In this document: positions 11,630 to 24,381 of the stretch, piece by piece
How positions within the stretch are numbered: position 1 is the stretch's first letter
Layout: the number at the start of each line of letters is the position of its first letter
Assembly (NCBI GenBank): GCA_977018835.1
Contig: OZ361258.1
Location: 1-64,000, forward strand
Length of the DNA: 64,000 nt
Origin: Minutocellus sp. GHC0000111
Taxonomy: Eukaryota
Direction: 5' to 3'
Translations under genes and position numbers: made by a program
The notes under the pieces: generated by a model
Told to the model about the DNA's origin: nothing
Seen by the model: only the letters and a program-made list of their open reading frames with translations
Databases searched by the model: none

Positions 11630-12897
11630 TCATCTCTTTCTCGCAACAAAATGCAGCAATGCCCTGCCGTGATCACTGTCAGTCGCAATCTCATCATGAA
11701 GAACGTCCCAGCCATTGCCCATGAACAAATCCTTCATCTCGTTCCGCTCCAATACAGTCTCTGGACTGGGGTGGTCGAAGGGCCATACGCCGCCATCTTG
11801 TGCTATGCAGAAATGCGAAATCGCAAAGATCGTTCCCTCGTACAATGACGAACACGAAGCCAAGTCTTTGACGGCAGAACGGACTAGAAACCGAACACAA
11901 CACAAGACATCGACGGTCGTACCGCTATTGTTGCTGGTTGTACGTGTATCATCACCATCGTTTCCATCAGAGCCACGTTCCTTTCTTGCCGATAATAGCA
12001 ATTCACGCATCGTTTCCCATTTAGACAAGTTGGCCTTGACGACGGATGTATAATCACAGACGCCACGCCGGTGGAAGAAATCCTGGACGATATTGGTTTG
12101 CTTGGCATTGTATCGGTGGTCAATGGCTGTAACATGAAACTGCGCCCCCCTTGAATTCGTCGACGAATGCAGCAATTCTTCGGCCAAGAATACAGCGTCT
12201 CTGCCTGCACCGCTGGCCATGTCGTAGATACGCAATCGTTTCCCCCGATGATTGGTACCGGCAATCTCGTTCCGTAGCAATTGTAACAACAGTTTCTCCA
12301 CCATGCCATCGGCATCCCACAATCGTGGAGACGGAGCCAGTGCAGAGCCGCCGTTCGTTGAACCCTTACTTTCACCTCCATCTCCAATAAGCTTCATATC
12401 CCTTGCTTCTTTCCAAAACACATGGTCGGCCACCAATATGCTGTCTATTTGCCAGGGACGAAACTTCCGATTCTTGTTGGCGGCGACGCGATCTGGCCGC
12501 AGCAGGAATTGTTCGGCGGTCTGCACGTGAGCTAGGTTGTCATCATCATTGCCTTCAACCAGTATCGAAAAGTGGACGTGACGCGCTGGCAGTTCGAACG
12601 ACCGTGCCTTGACTTCCTCCAGGGGCAGCGAGGCAATTATCAGCGAGGGGTGGGGAAGTTCCCGACGATGTATCCCTGCCAGTGGTCTTTGAAACTGGTC
12701 AGCGGCTGTACGTAGATCGAGAAGAAGGAGCTGATGGGGCTGTGGCGGTGATTCCACGGTGGCGGTGATGACATCGTGCAGGCTGGTAGTAGTGCATGTA
12801 GCAGCAGGGTCGATTGGAGACGATATACTTTGGCAACTTGAGGCGCAGCAGCTCTTTTGCCACCACGAGGATAAGGTCGTGATTTGAGGCGTGGAAC

Positions 12898-12931
<34 letters not shown>

Positions 12932-13024
12932 GCCGGTGCTTGTGCTGGTAGGCGTATCCTGGGCCGACAGCGACCTTTGCCGCTTGCTGGGAGGATGATC
13001 TGAGTTGCAAGGAACTTCTTCCAT
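11630..13024 (-). CDS. Rhodanese-like domain + class I SAM-dependent methyltransferase (TehB-like)
   Basis: LLLLDLR...RSFELP (rhodanese-like) followed by PSPRLW, YDMASGAGRDAVFLA, VTAID and CVRFL. Probable start at MEEVPC. Confidence 0.65.
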
Positions 13025-13262
13025 CTTTCTTGGCTGGGATATCCCACGAGTGGTGAGGGGCTGTGTGAGTGTGTGAGGGGGCGTTCGGCACGACGAAGGA
13101 AAGACGGACAGGAGCATGACCCCGCGATGAGTTTCACCGAAATGGGTCCTTGCAGCTGACACGCTTCATGCGGGCCAACTTGAGCCTATCGTATTGGTCA
13201 TAATCCAACTCTTTCATAACATTGGTATGATCGACTAACAGCAACCACAACCCACACCGACG

Positions 13263-14702
13263 ATGACTCCCGAAGACGATGAAATGTCGGTGGCATCCCT
13301 CACGCCATCGGTTGCCTCCTACATGAGCAGCTGGTCGATGCCAGCAGGAGCACCCTCACGAAGCAGTACCAGCAGAGGCGCCAGCAGCAATACCAGCGGC
13401 AGCCGCCGTCGAGCAGGTCGATATGGCCATCGGGTTGCAGTTGCAGACGACAATTGCGATGCAGCCAGTACGACGTTCCACTCACGCCGACTTCGTCGTT
13501 CTCTGAGACGTCCACGTGTTCGCGACGTGGAGGAAGGGGGAGGATCCAGCTTCAGCAACAAGACAAAGATGGGCCGGTGGAAGCAGCAGCAGCAGCAGCA
13601 GCAGCGCATGCGTGGTGCATCGGCCCTAACAACAGTCGTCTGCTCCGGCCAAGAGGGGTCATTCCAACCATCCTTGCCATCGTGGCGTGCGTCGCCTTGT
13701 TCAGCACTCATCCTGCCCCAACTTACTACCGCCGTCTCATCTGCGACGTCGTCTTCGACTACTCTGGATACGCTGGGTACTCAAATTGGGAGGATCTGGT
13801 AGATCAAGGGGTCGCCGATCTGGAAGGACGTCGTTTCGGACCCTATGACATCCTCCCACCCACCACACCAGCTCTACAATTCACTGACTCCCTCATCAAC
13901 CAAGGCCCAGCCACATCACTCCGTGACAACCGGGCCACCACCTCACACCGTACCCTAATCAATATATTCTGAGTACAACACCCTCGTCCAACTCTACGGG
14001 AGTGAAACCTACAACGAAACGATGGGATGGGGAGGTCACGGCGTGGGCAACTTCGTCGGGGCCCTGGGAACCTCAGGTCTTCTTACTCATTATCATCGAT
14101 CCAACCCCGACACCTACATTGAGCTGGACAAGTGCACTTATGCAAATGTCGTCGAAGACCCGGTAGACGAATCCACCGGGTACTGCCGAGACGGAAGTGA
14201 GCCACCATGTGAAGATTGCCGACTCAAGTCCATCCACAGTGTCAGGGCAGGCCGGCTCAATCGAGTTTGCGGCAGACCTTGGGAGTGTCCGTGGTCGGGT
14301 GAGCCCGAGGTCACGGGTACGTGGGATGGCCCAACGCAGCAGCTTTGCACGGACTTCCTCGCGGATTGGTACGCCAAACGATTACGGTTCGAACAGAATC
14401 ACTGGAACGGCCCTCTATCAAACCGCACAGGAAGCTTCCATCCCGATGTGTTCCTCGGCTTTTGCCACGGTCCTGGCGTCATTAACTACGAGCAGATTAT
14501 CAAGGACCAACCATTGCCGCCCATGCCAGAACCAACCCTTAGCCCGACGATAAGCCCGACTGACAGCCCAACCCTTTCACCGACCACCAGTCCTTCTCCA
14601 GGACCAACCACATCGAGCCCAACCTTATCAGTTGCCACAACAGCGCCTCCCGGTGCAGAAATTGTTGATGTCGCACCAGAAGATCCGTCTGAGCCTGTTT
14701 GA
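13263..14702 (+). pseudogene. Fragmented type II membrane glycosyltransferase-like (diatom GT8-like family) gene with mucin-like PT/SPT tail
   Basis: Split over three frames (13263, 13454, 14022). TM VIPTILAIVACVALFS; Cys-rich C-terminal GWGG..ELDKCTY..CRDG..CEDCR..CGRPWEC..GSFHPDVFLGFC; SPT repeats at about 14520-14640. The central part looks shortened. Confidence 0.45.
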
Positions 14703-14813
14703 TGAGACTTTATAGATAGATAGATGTATATGTATGGCTACATGTAAAAGATAGACAATAATCTTACGAATGAATCAGAAACACTGGCTACTTTGTCATT
14801 AGTTGCTGCTCAG

Positions 14814-15990
14814 TCAAGAATCCACCACTTTGTAGAAAATCACCAACGCCCATCGAGTACCCTTTGTGATCGGATTTGCTTGGTGCCATACAGCACTGCA
14901 TGGTAAGAGAGAAGAGGAGAAGTAGCATGAATCCATTCACACAATATCAGACAAATCCATTTCAAGCTCGCATCTCATATATTAGGCACCCCCATTTGGA
15001 TGAACAAACATGCACGATGCATATGCAATAGTTTATAGCACTCACCGATCAATGAAGGCAAGGTCACCCGATCGAGTGTCGTATTGGATCTCTTGTGGCA
15101 GGCCGAGGGGACGGGACTTTCCATCCCAAAAGGTGAGACCTCCGCCATGTCCCTCGAAGCTATTCGTTTCTTCTGGGCCCGTCCAGCGATCGATTGGCAA
15201 CGGAACCATCCACCTTACCAGCACCATCCACGTGCTTCAGCAGAGCATTCTCGTTGGGAGCTGCGGTATATCTCGTGATGAATGTCATCAGCCGCTTCAC
15301 CTTGATGCCATCGTCGGTGCTCTGCCTTTGCTGCTGCTTTTGCTTTTGCGTTGCCTTTTCATTATTTCCCCCTGGACCTGCCGGGGCCTGCTCTTCCCCA
15401 TTGGCAATATTCTCTTCACCCCGTACCAGTACACCCTCACTGACATCCTTGCCCTTGTTCTTTGTCGCTACTGGTATCTTCCGCCGGCCACCAGCATCAT
15501 TGCACGAGTGCTGCTGCCGATACCAGGAGGCAAACAAGTCGTCGCAGCACTCCAGCAGAGGCAGGCATATATCCAGCATGTTCAAATCGAGATCGGCACA
15601 GGGCACCCCTCCCTCCATCACCTCCATGTAGCACGAGAGCTTCCACTCCTTGACCTTGGCAATGCCGCCGTTGTACGTTACGGTTTGCGGATGGAAGTTC
15701 TCGATGATGGCCGGCATGATGCCATCGAGGTACGCCGGTCGGATGCCCTGCTGAATTACAAGGTGGCGCATCTTGGCCAGCTTGGCGCGGATGACGCCGC
15801 GGGTAATCTCCTTGGCAATGCCATCCTTTGCCATGCCGCTGCTGCAGGTTGTGGCGCTCATGCTTGTTGCTGTTGCCGGTACGAGTACGTTGGTCGATGT
15901 GCCGTCCGCGTCGGTCGTTGTGCCGTCATCAATCTGCTGCCGCTCAGCCTGCGAGTTTCCGCCAGTAACAGTACTTTCAAGAAGCACCAT
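14814..15990 (-). CDS. 2OG-Fe(II) oxygenase superfamily protein, frameshifted near 15200; intron 14896-15045
   Basis: FITRY, KHVDG (HxD), GGGLTFWDG, then a spliced last exon AVWHQANPITKGTRWALVIFYKVVDS* carrying the distal His and the 2OG-binding Arg. GTGAG...CAG intron. The frame changes at GGTTCCGTTGCCAATC. Confidence 0.75.
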
Positions 15991-16066
15991 TGATATTGAT
16001 AGCTATGCAATAGAGTACCGGTAGATGCAGGCACATGTACTACGTAGCTAGCTACGTGGTCACTAG

Positions 16067-18145
16067 TTTTAGTCTATATTAGTGCCACCTCCTTAGAGAT
16101 GGGCGGCCGGCCTCTGAACTCCTGCATTAGATCTAGATCCAACACGAGAGCCCCGAGATCCGGAAGAATTCAAATTCGCTGGTATTAATGTCCAAGGTTG
16201 TGAGTCATTAGTATGGCTATCTCTAGTGGCATTCCTCGAAGCACTCAAGCTAGAGGCTGACACAGAGTTGTGAGAGCGAGAATTGGATCCAAAAATATGT
16301 TTCGGCGGTTTTGAACCGGTGACGCCATCAGCCGTATGGCGTCTCATCCCTGCTAGGAGATGGGAGGTGATTGCTCTGGACATAGAGGCGCTAAGAAAGC
16401 CTCGTGCCCAACCTGTGGGTGTAGCATCGTGGCTACAGGTGCCAAACCACTTGTGGTCATGCCTGATAGCCCAGGCATTGGAGGCCCGAGGTAGCAAGGC
16501 TGACGGGCTCTCACTCGACCAAGCTAGATTGAACATTGTCGTCGTAGCTTCGTTAGATCGGTCGGTGAGTGGATATGATGCTCCGTCTGGGAGTTCGTCT
16601 CCATGTAACAGACGTCGGGCCATTGGACCGAGATCCCCCCACGGTCCCACGGTGAACGGCATGAGGACGGTGTCGTTGTCCAGCAAGCCTTTGATGACCG
16701 ACGGTCCATCATCCTGTCGCTTGGATCGTCCACGCCATTTGCCGATCTCCTTTCCCATGTGCTGCCGAATGTTTGTTATGGTCTGTGTTGTTGTATCCTG
16801 GCAGTACGAGGGAGAGCCTGTGATCGTTACATCGATGCCGGCGTAAGTAAGACGGCATGGGCGATATTGATTGGAATGGTGATGGTGGAGACGAATGCAC
16901 ACGTCTGCCGGTCGTCGAGTTGGATGGCTCTTGCTGAGGCCCAGCGGTTCATGTAGAATGTCGTGAGAGGAGTAGACAAATCCCGAGAGGACTGCCAGCT
17001 CCTGCAGAACATGATACAGGGCGTCGCGGATGTTGTTATGCAGCCTGAGCTTCGAGTGATAGACACACTCGAAGTAATGGTCACCGAAGATATCGATGAG
17101 TTGCTTGCAACGGCAGACTGAGCGACGGCTGAGATGCGACACCGGCAATCGTAGGACTCGTCGGAGGATGGTCGTGTAATGCTGACTGGAATGACGGTAC
17201 GTGATGTTACGTCGGCCACTGTGGAGGACACACTTCGGTAGGTCAGATGAGAGGATGGATGGGATGGCTTTCGCTATGTCGGCCTGATGGTGAGCCGGAT
17301 CGAAGGTGGACGCTGATGTAGTGGCTTGGCAGATGTCCGTCGGCCATTCTTCGGGTCCACTCTCGTCAGAACCATCATTTTCATCGAAGGGGGCGAACTC
17401 CAACATCGTGTTATCACTAAGGCCGCTGGTGAGAAGTTCTTCCTTTAGCTGATGATACGACTTGGCGGTCAGGTGATGTTGGAATGAGCCGAGCGGGTGG
17501 TGGAGGACGAGGTAGTGCATTGGGTCTAGGTGTCTATGCTTCGCAGGTATGGTGATGGACTGGGCGAGGCGGGAGGCAATAATTCTGAGCGCTCTGAAGA
17601 GTGGACGGGTGTCGGTGTCCCACTGGCGAAACTGTCGAGAGATACCTTCCGACAGTGGTACTGTGGAGTGCTTGAGCCTTACACCGTCAAGAGCATAACG
17701 GATTGAACGTATGAGAGGAATGGCGAAGGCTGTAGCGGATGATTTGGACGGACTTGCGACGCCCATACCGTCGGGTAGGTGGAGAAGGGCATCGGCATGT
17801 AATGGGAGGGTCGGCTGGCCGCTCTGCATTGCAAACAAGCGACGGGTACGTAGTAGGAATGCAATGATGGAGCGCATTGGCGGTCGCTGCTCTTACTGCT
17901 CGTTCGATATCCCGTGCTTGCCAGCCAGAGATGAGGGGCGCGAGCCGGGCGGGCCACTGAACGTACATGTAGGTCGATTGGGCTGCCTGGTTTTTGAGAG
18001 GCAACAACACTGGGAGAGCTGGCCGTCAGAGGGGCGGGAGACGAGAGTCAGGGTGAGAGGGTCCATCCCATTGATTGCAGAACGTATCCGCTCCGCTTGG
18101 CTGCTCGATGAAAGCAAGAGACAGAACCTACCGCCACGGCATGTT
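16067..18145 (-). mobile_element. Truncated non-LTR retrotransposon of the restriction-like-endonuclease type (CRE/R2-like)
   Basis: ORF 16093..17877 has a degenerate RT-thumb LHLPDGMG, a zinc knuckle CRC-x7-H-x3-C, RLHNNIRD, RRPAD...IDVT...KEIGK (PD-(D/E)xK) and PFTVGPWG. Flanked by the direct repeat TCACTAG (16060-16066 and 18146-18152); short A-rich 3' end; no RT core seen. Confidence 0.8.
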
Positions 18146-21100
18146 TCACTAGCTAGGCTACGTAGATAGAGACCAAGACGTTGTTATTATGCTGCTACAA
18201 CGGACAAGATTGTTGCATCACACTCTCTTTCATGCGCTTTTGTTTTCGCGCAGCTCATCGGAGATAGTGGAGGCACAAATGGTGAACGGGCACAATATCG
18301 TGAGAATTGGACTCCACTTGCCGACATTGGAGGCGGCGACGTGAATGTCAGGGTCCAGTACAAGATATACAGCGGTGGATCGGACCACTTTGGCATCCAA
18401 GGTGGCGTCAATCAATTCGTTACCATGCCGAGCATTACCAATGCCGATCCCACAAATCCCATTGTTGACGTCGTTGCCGAGAGATTCGTCACGAATTCCA
18501 GCAGTTGGGAGGTTGCCGCCCCAAGCGTCAACAGTGTTGATGGTGGCGCTGTCTTGGTTTTGTATCTGCTGGATAGCGACAGTTCAAGGGGCGGCGATGT
18601 GGTTGTTTCAGGTGTTACTTCTCAGGACGGATTCGAGCTACTTGGATCAAATATCGCCATGTCTGGGGAGAATATGGCAGTGTTCATTTCGCCTTCTGAA
18701 GAAGATGGAGGTTGCACAGACTCCGTGGTGGCCAATTTAAGTGGCGCTTCCGGCAACGCAGGTGACGACGTCGGTGACCAAGCTGCAAGTGGCATTGCCA
18801 TGGCAATTGCACTCCGGCCGCAAAATGGGCCAGTGAGCAATCTCTTGATACCGTGCTCCAAGAATGCCGTGTGGAACGAAACGCGAACGATTGAACGCGA
18901 GGGTCTGGCTCAGATTTACAACGAAACCGGAGGTCCAGGCTGGGTCCGTAGCGGTGGCTGGTTAGAGGGAGGCACCGACCAATGTAATTTTGAGGGAGTT
19001 GATTGTAACGAATTTGGATTGGTTACCAGCTTGAACCTCGAGCGCAACAATCTAAAGGGCAGCTTACCTCGCCTTGACGACAAATTTCGATACCTGCAGC
19101 ACCTGAATTTCGGATCGAATGCGGATTTACAAGGCAGTTTCGACGATCTTGGTGCACATAATTTGGCCAACATCACCCACATCAATCTTTCCAGGACCAA
19201 ACTTACTGGTAGTCTCGGCCAATTACCGGGATCTTTGCAGCATCTTGATTGCTCGGATGGATTTTTGGGACCAGAGGCTTTGAACATCACGCAGGGAGGC
19301 AATAGCACTTTGAAGGTTCTGGATCTAGGAGGCAATTACTTCAGAGCTCTCAATGTATCGAGTCTCTCATCTCTCCAAAGTTTCGATGTTTCAAGAAACA
19401 AGAAGCTCGAATACCCAATCGCGAGCCTTGGAATAGGAAACCTTCCCAACCTGGAGAGGCTCGTTCTTTCCATGTCGCCTTTGACGGGTGATCTTCGTGT
19501 TAGACACATGCAAAACTTGAAACATCTCGATATCAATGGATTGGGATTGAGTGGTTCAATCGATGATACGGGCATTGACAATGTCCCAAATTTGACGCAC
19601 ATTGATCTTTCTGGGTCGTCGTTTGAAGGCGAATTCAACTTTTGCAACTACACTTATCTCAGTTACCTTGATCTCTCAGCAAACTCTCTGGAATCTAATT
19701 TGACTGATATGGGTTGCTCCTTGTTGACACACTTTGAGTACCTTGACTTGAGTGGTAACAATTTCACGGGCAAGCTCAATACTATTGGAAATCTGCTACA
19801 ACTCCGCTACATGGACATAAGTCGGAACAGATTCTATGGGCCGTTGCCGACCGATGGGGTGCTGGGTTTCATTACCTACATGGATATATCATTCAATTCC
19901 TTTTCTGGTACATTGCCTAATTTTGTGGCCCCGACCTTGACCCACCTTGATTGTTCTCACAACTACTTTGTGGGTACTATCCCCTCGAGTATAGGACAAC
20001 TGACTGTTCTGTCCCATTTGGATCTCAGCAACCAACTCACGAGCGAATATAATACAGACACCGGCGAGCGAGAAACCAGTGGGCTCGTGGGACAGATTCC
20101 AGAGTCAATTGGACAGCTTCGATTTTTACAGTCGCTCCTTTTGTCGAAGAATCTTCTCTCTGGCTCAATCCCCGATAGTGTTTCTACCTTGACATATCTC
20201 AATACCATTGACCTCGAAGACAATAATGTTGGCTCAAGGATTCCTCCTTCGCTAAATATTCTGGAGCAGCTTGATCGGGTGTTGTTGGCTCGTAATCGGT
20301 GAGTTTTGTATTCTTCCACTCGTGCAATTCTCAGAAATAATTCAGATTGATGACTTTTTTGGTGGATCTCTACATGTAACTCTTTCCTACCCCCCATCTT
20401 GTCTACGCTCCCATTTCAACCTACTATCACTTCATTCACATAGATTGTCAGGACCAATCCCTGATCTATCGGGCTCTAGAGAAAAGGTCAGAACGGTAAC
20501 TCTCAGCGGTAATCCAGAACTCGATTCCCCAGCCCCCTTTATTCTTTGGTGAGTACAGGCATTTCTAGTACCAACGCCATTTATCTACGTTTTGTTACTT
20601 ATACTGAATCGGCTTCGTTGCTGACCCGATTTTATTCACCCTTTTTTTCGGCCGCGTCATTACATGCCCAGTGATTTGGAGGATCTTGACCTCCAGTCGT
20701 CGCCAAAGTACTGCCCTGTAGAATGCCGCAAGCGCTCAGCGCTTGCGGCATTCTACACAGGTGAGGCAGCTTCTACTAAGTACATTTATGCAAGACAGGA
20801 AATAATATCTTCTCTGACGTCGATAGATTTGACATTTGACAACTCACAGTTGCTTTCTCTCGGCATATAACACAACAAATGACAGATCTCAAAGGAGAAG
20901 AATGGCTGAATAGAACGGGGTGGCTGACCAATGCACACCGTGAGTGCCGAAACTCGGCTTGAACTTACTTTTTGTTAGAATTCTTCTCACACCAATGCAT
21001 CATGATCACTTCATCTCATTTATTACCCCTATACAGACTGTACGTGGAGTGGAGTAACGTGTACTGAGGATAGGAAGAAGGTACTGGGCCTTAACCTGGC

Positions 21101-22880
21101 AACAAATGGCGTCACGGGGCAGCTTCCCGATGAGTTTTTCCAACAGTTGAAAGACCTTGAGGGTAAGTGTGTGATGTTTAAAGAATTGTAGTGCTAAGCT
21201 TTCGCGGCATCTCGTTATCGCTTTCTGGTCTCATTTCTTTTTACTTTTACTTTTTTTCATATTTCAACGCAGTTCTGGACCTGAACGAGAACGACATTCG
21301 CGGAGATATATCGAGTGAGATTAAACATATGAAGAACTTGCGCTATTTGAGACTCTCTTACAACCGATTCAATGCCCTTCCTCCGGAGATGTCGGAGCTG
21401 AAGAACTTGACTCATGTATTTCTACAGGGCAGTAGGCTTTCTGGAGATGATAGACATATTGTTGTTCAAAACGTTCAAGATGAGGGCTACCAATTCATTT
21501 CCGATTGTGGCGCTCCGTCTGACGCCGCCGAGCCCTTTGTGTGTGCAAATTGTGACATGTGTTGCAACGCTCTCGGTGAGTATGAAATGCTGTCGTGTCC
21601 CGAAACTCTTGGGCGAGTTGACTGATCTAAAGATGAGGACCCGGTGCTTTCTTCTCCTGGCAGACCTGATCTCTAATATTTCGCTTCGGCCCCTATGACC
21701 CAAAATTCCTCTTTTTCTTCTCAATCCCCCCCTGCATGTAGAGGAATGCCAGGAACCTATTGTGCCCCAGCTTGACTGATACTCTGCGGCTGTAGTAATT
21801 GTTGCCGCTGTCTTTGGTGCGCTTATTGTTGTTTGGGGTGTGCTGCGGCATTTTGCAAAGAGGGGAAAGATCCGTTCTTCGACCAGCTCGGCCATCAAGG
21901 CCGCTGGTGATGATAGTGTCTACAGTTTCGTCTTTGCAAGCAAGAAAGCTGGCTGGGCTCTCGTCCTGTTGACTGTCTTCATCCAAGTTCTCGTCTTCGG
22001 CCTCTTCCTACAGGCGAGCGACTTCTCCAATGATGATGGGGATTTCGTTTACAGCTTTAGATGCCCACGGAATAACGAAGAATGTAATGACGAGCGGGCT
22101 GTAACTACATATGGGTGAGTGTAAAAGTGGTGCAACTAATGATGGCAGGGTTGAGCTTCATTGATTGATTTACCAACGTTTACCTACCTTCCCTTCGTCT
22201 TCCCTTGGTCTTCTAGATGGTTCATGTGGGGTTTTCTGGTCTTCGCATCACTTGTCGACGGTGAGTTTAACATCTGATATGTAAATTTATCATTTGGGTG
22301 GATAGAAGTTCTTTCTTCTGTCGCATGTGCTTAACTGCGACTCATTTTTCTTTCCCATTCCTTTGCATTCTATTATCGTACCCATTTGCAACAACGCATC
22401 ACCAGACTTGGCGAATGGAGTCAAACTCCTAATTCTCTCCGCAACGCGAGGTTCGAGCCCCTGCTTCGTCTCTGGACTAACCATTTTCTGCGTAGCAACT
22501 CTCGCGATCTACACCAGCTTCACTTACAACGTGGCAATCGCGATGACAAACACCGGTAAGAATGATGTCTTTGTTGTTTACTTCATCATTGTAGTGAAGG
22601 AAAATTGGATACAAGATGGAACCGGCATGAAAAAAGGGTTATGAGTTCTGGTCCCGATTTTGATGAAAATCGGGACCAACATCCGATAGCCTCTATTCTC
22701 ACATGCCTTTCCTCTTCACCTCTCACTCCTACATGTACATAGAATTGATCATCAACAGTGTGGTATTGCTTTTTGTCAACGAGGTAGACTCTCAGGTTTT
22801 CAGCATCGCATACATATTCAACTCCAAGTGGCTCCACACCGTCGTCGACGAAGCCGAGGAGTACTCGGACAACCTTCTGG

Positions 22881-24381
22881 AGAGTGATTTCACGAGAGAG
22901 CAGACACCCCCTCCGCGATGTTTCGTAAACATTGTACCAACTTCCTTTTATTGATGATCCTTACTCAGAAGGGTATTGTAGACCATAATCAACAATAAAA
23001 GGAAGTTGGTACAATGATCTTGGTGCTCTTTTAGCACATGATATAGGTACGGTATTAGAGTGTTTCTTTTGGTACACTATTGTTTGAAAATTTATTTTTA
23101 TGTCGTAGAATACACTTGTGCTGTTTCAAGAAAGAAAAAATACATCAAACTTTATAACGAAACAAAACCCATTTCGTTCAACGAATGGGGCCACAACATG
23201 TGTCGCCGACGTGCCTCCCATTGAGAACAATCAAGACTACAGGGCACCATACCCTTGTAATAGCCTTTCACAACACTGTGGTGCAGCAGGAGACTTGCAA
23301 TTACTTTTTTGAGCCTTGAAAAATTCGTTCGCGTTAGACCCGATTTTTTCGACAGTTTCCGACGTTCCATCACGACCATGTTCGCCCGATGTACAGCACC
23401 ACCCCGGCCATCGCATACACTCTGACCACCTAGATGCCTTCCTGAATATTACTGGAAGGGATTTTTGGGCGATAGCGGTGCGTCGGTGCGTGCCTGTACC
23501 GCGAAATGTGGCCCAGCGCCATTACCACCCCCATTACACCACCCATCCGAAAGTTGGTCCGGATGCTTTTATGCGGTCCATGCACCACTTCCGTTGCACT
23601 GAGCCGTCGACGCTTCACCCATATATATACCAAGCGCATTTGAGTGGGGGGTGGTGGCATTTCTTGACAATTCATAGAGAAAACTATTCCCAAAGTCCCG
23701 TGTCTGATGTCGGCACCAGATTTCACCTTCATTGCTTCTGCCGCCCGAGAGGAACGAAACCGGAGAAAGCGGCCAAACCAACACGTGAGATCGATGGATG
23801 TAATATAGAATGAGCATCGTGCGTGCTGATATTGCGTGAAGGAACAGTGGTTGAGGCTTGAAGGGGGTTGTAGTTGGGGATTTGCTACTTTCAGATGTTT
23901 TTGCTTTCCATGGTGACGGCCACAATGATACAAAGATGGGGCCCAATATCGACCCTCTGGCGCAAACTTGCTCCCAATATTACCCAAGTGAAAGTAATGC
24001 CGGTCAGGGAGGAGTGAAATGGATGTAGACAAGCATCAGCCATCATTCTTTGCCATTTTGAGGGTAAAAAAATATTGAAAATTTCTGGGCATGAGGAGAT
24101 GTTGCTAAAATAGCACATGATGTACGAATGAGTTTGCTTTCAAGTATGCAATACTCACCTAACGCATGTAGTTGGCGTATACATCGGTTGGCTTGGAGTT
24201 ATTTATCGTTATACCATCATTTGGTGGCCTTCTTGTGGAGATGAATTCTCCTTGCTTTCGCCGTGTTGAGAGAGGCCATTTAGTGGGTTCATTTTTGCGC
24301 TGCATAAAGTATCGCACAAAAAAATTTCCTAGTGCCTTACTATTTACGGCGATTTTGTCGGCGGTCTCGTGGAATCACTCT
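22881..24381. mobile_element. Non-autonomous TIR DNA transposon (1501 bp) inserted in the LRR gene
   Basis: Imperfect TIRs: left AGAGTGATTTCACGAGAGAGCAGACA versus reverse-complemented right AGAGTGATTCCACGAGACCGCCGACA. GG flanks both sides. Removal restores the frame (DNLL|GQDVVDD). AT-richer interior with no recognisable ORF. Confidence 0.75.
22930..23016. repeat. Perfect 24-bp inverted repeat (hairpin)
   Basis: CATTGTACCAACTTCCTTTTATTG (22930-22953) pairs with CAATAAAAGGAAGTTGGTACAATG (22993-23016); 39-nt spacer. Confidence 0.9.

Noticed and set aside
21777..21779. Selenocysteine TGA in the LRR gene
   Set aside because: It lies just before a TM segment where Trp (TGG) is plausible, there is no redox motif, and the gene has other lesions.
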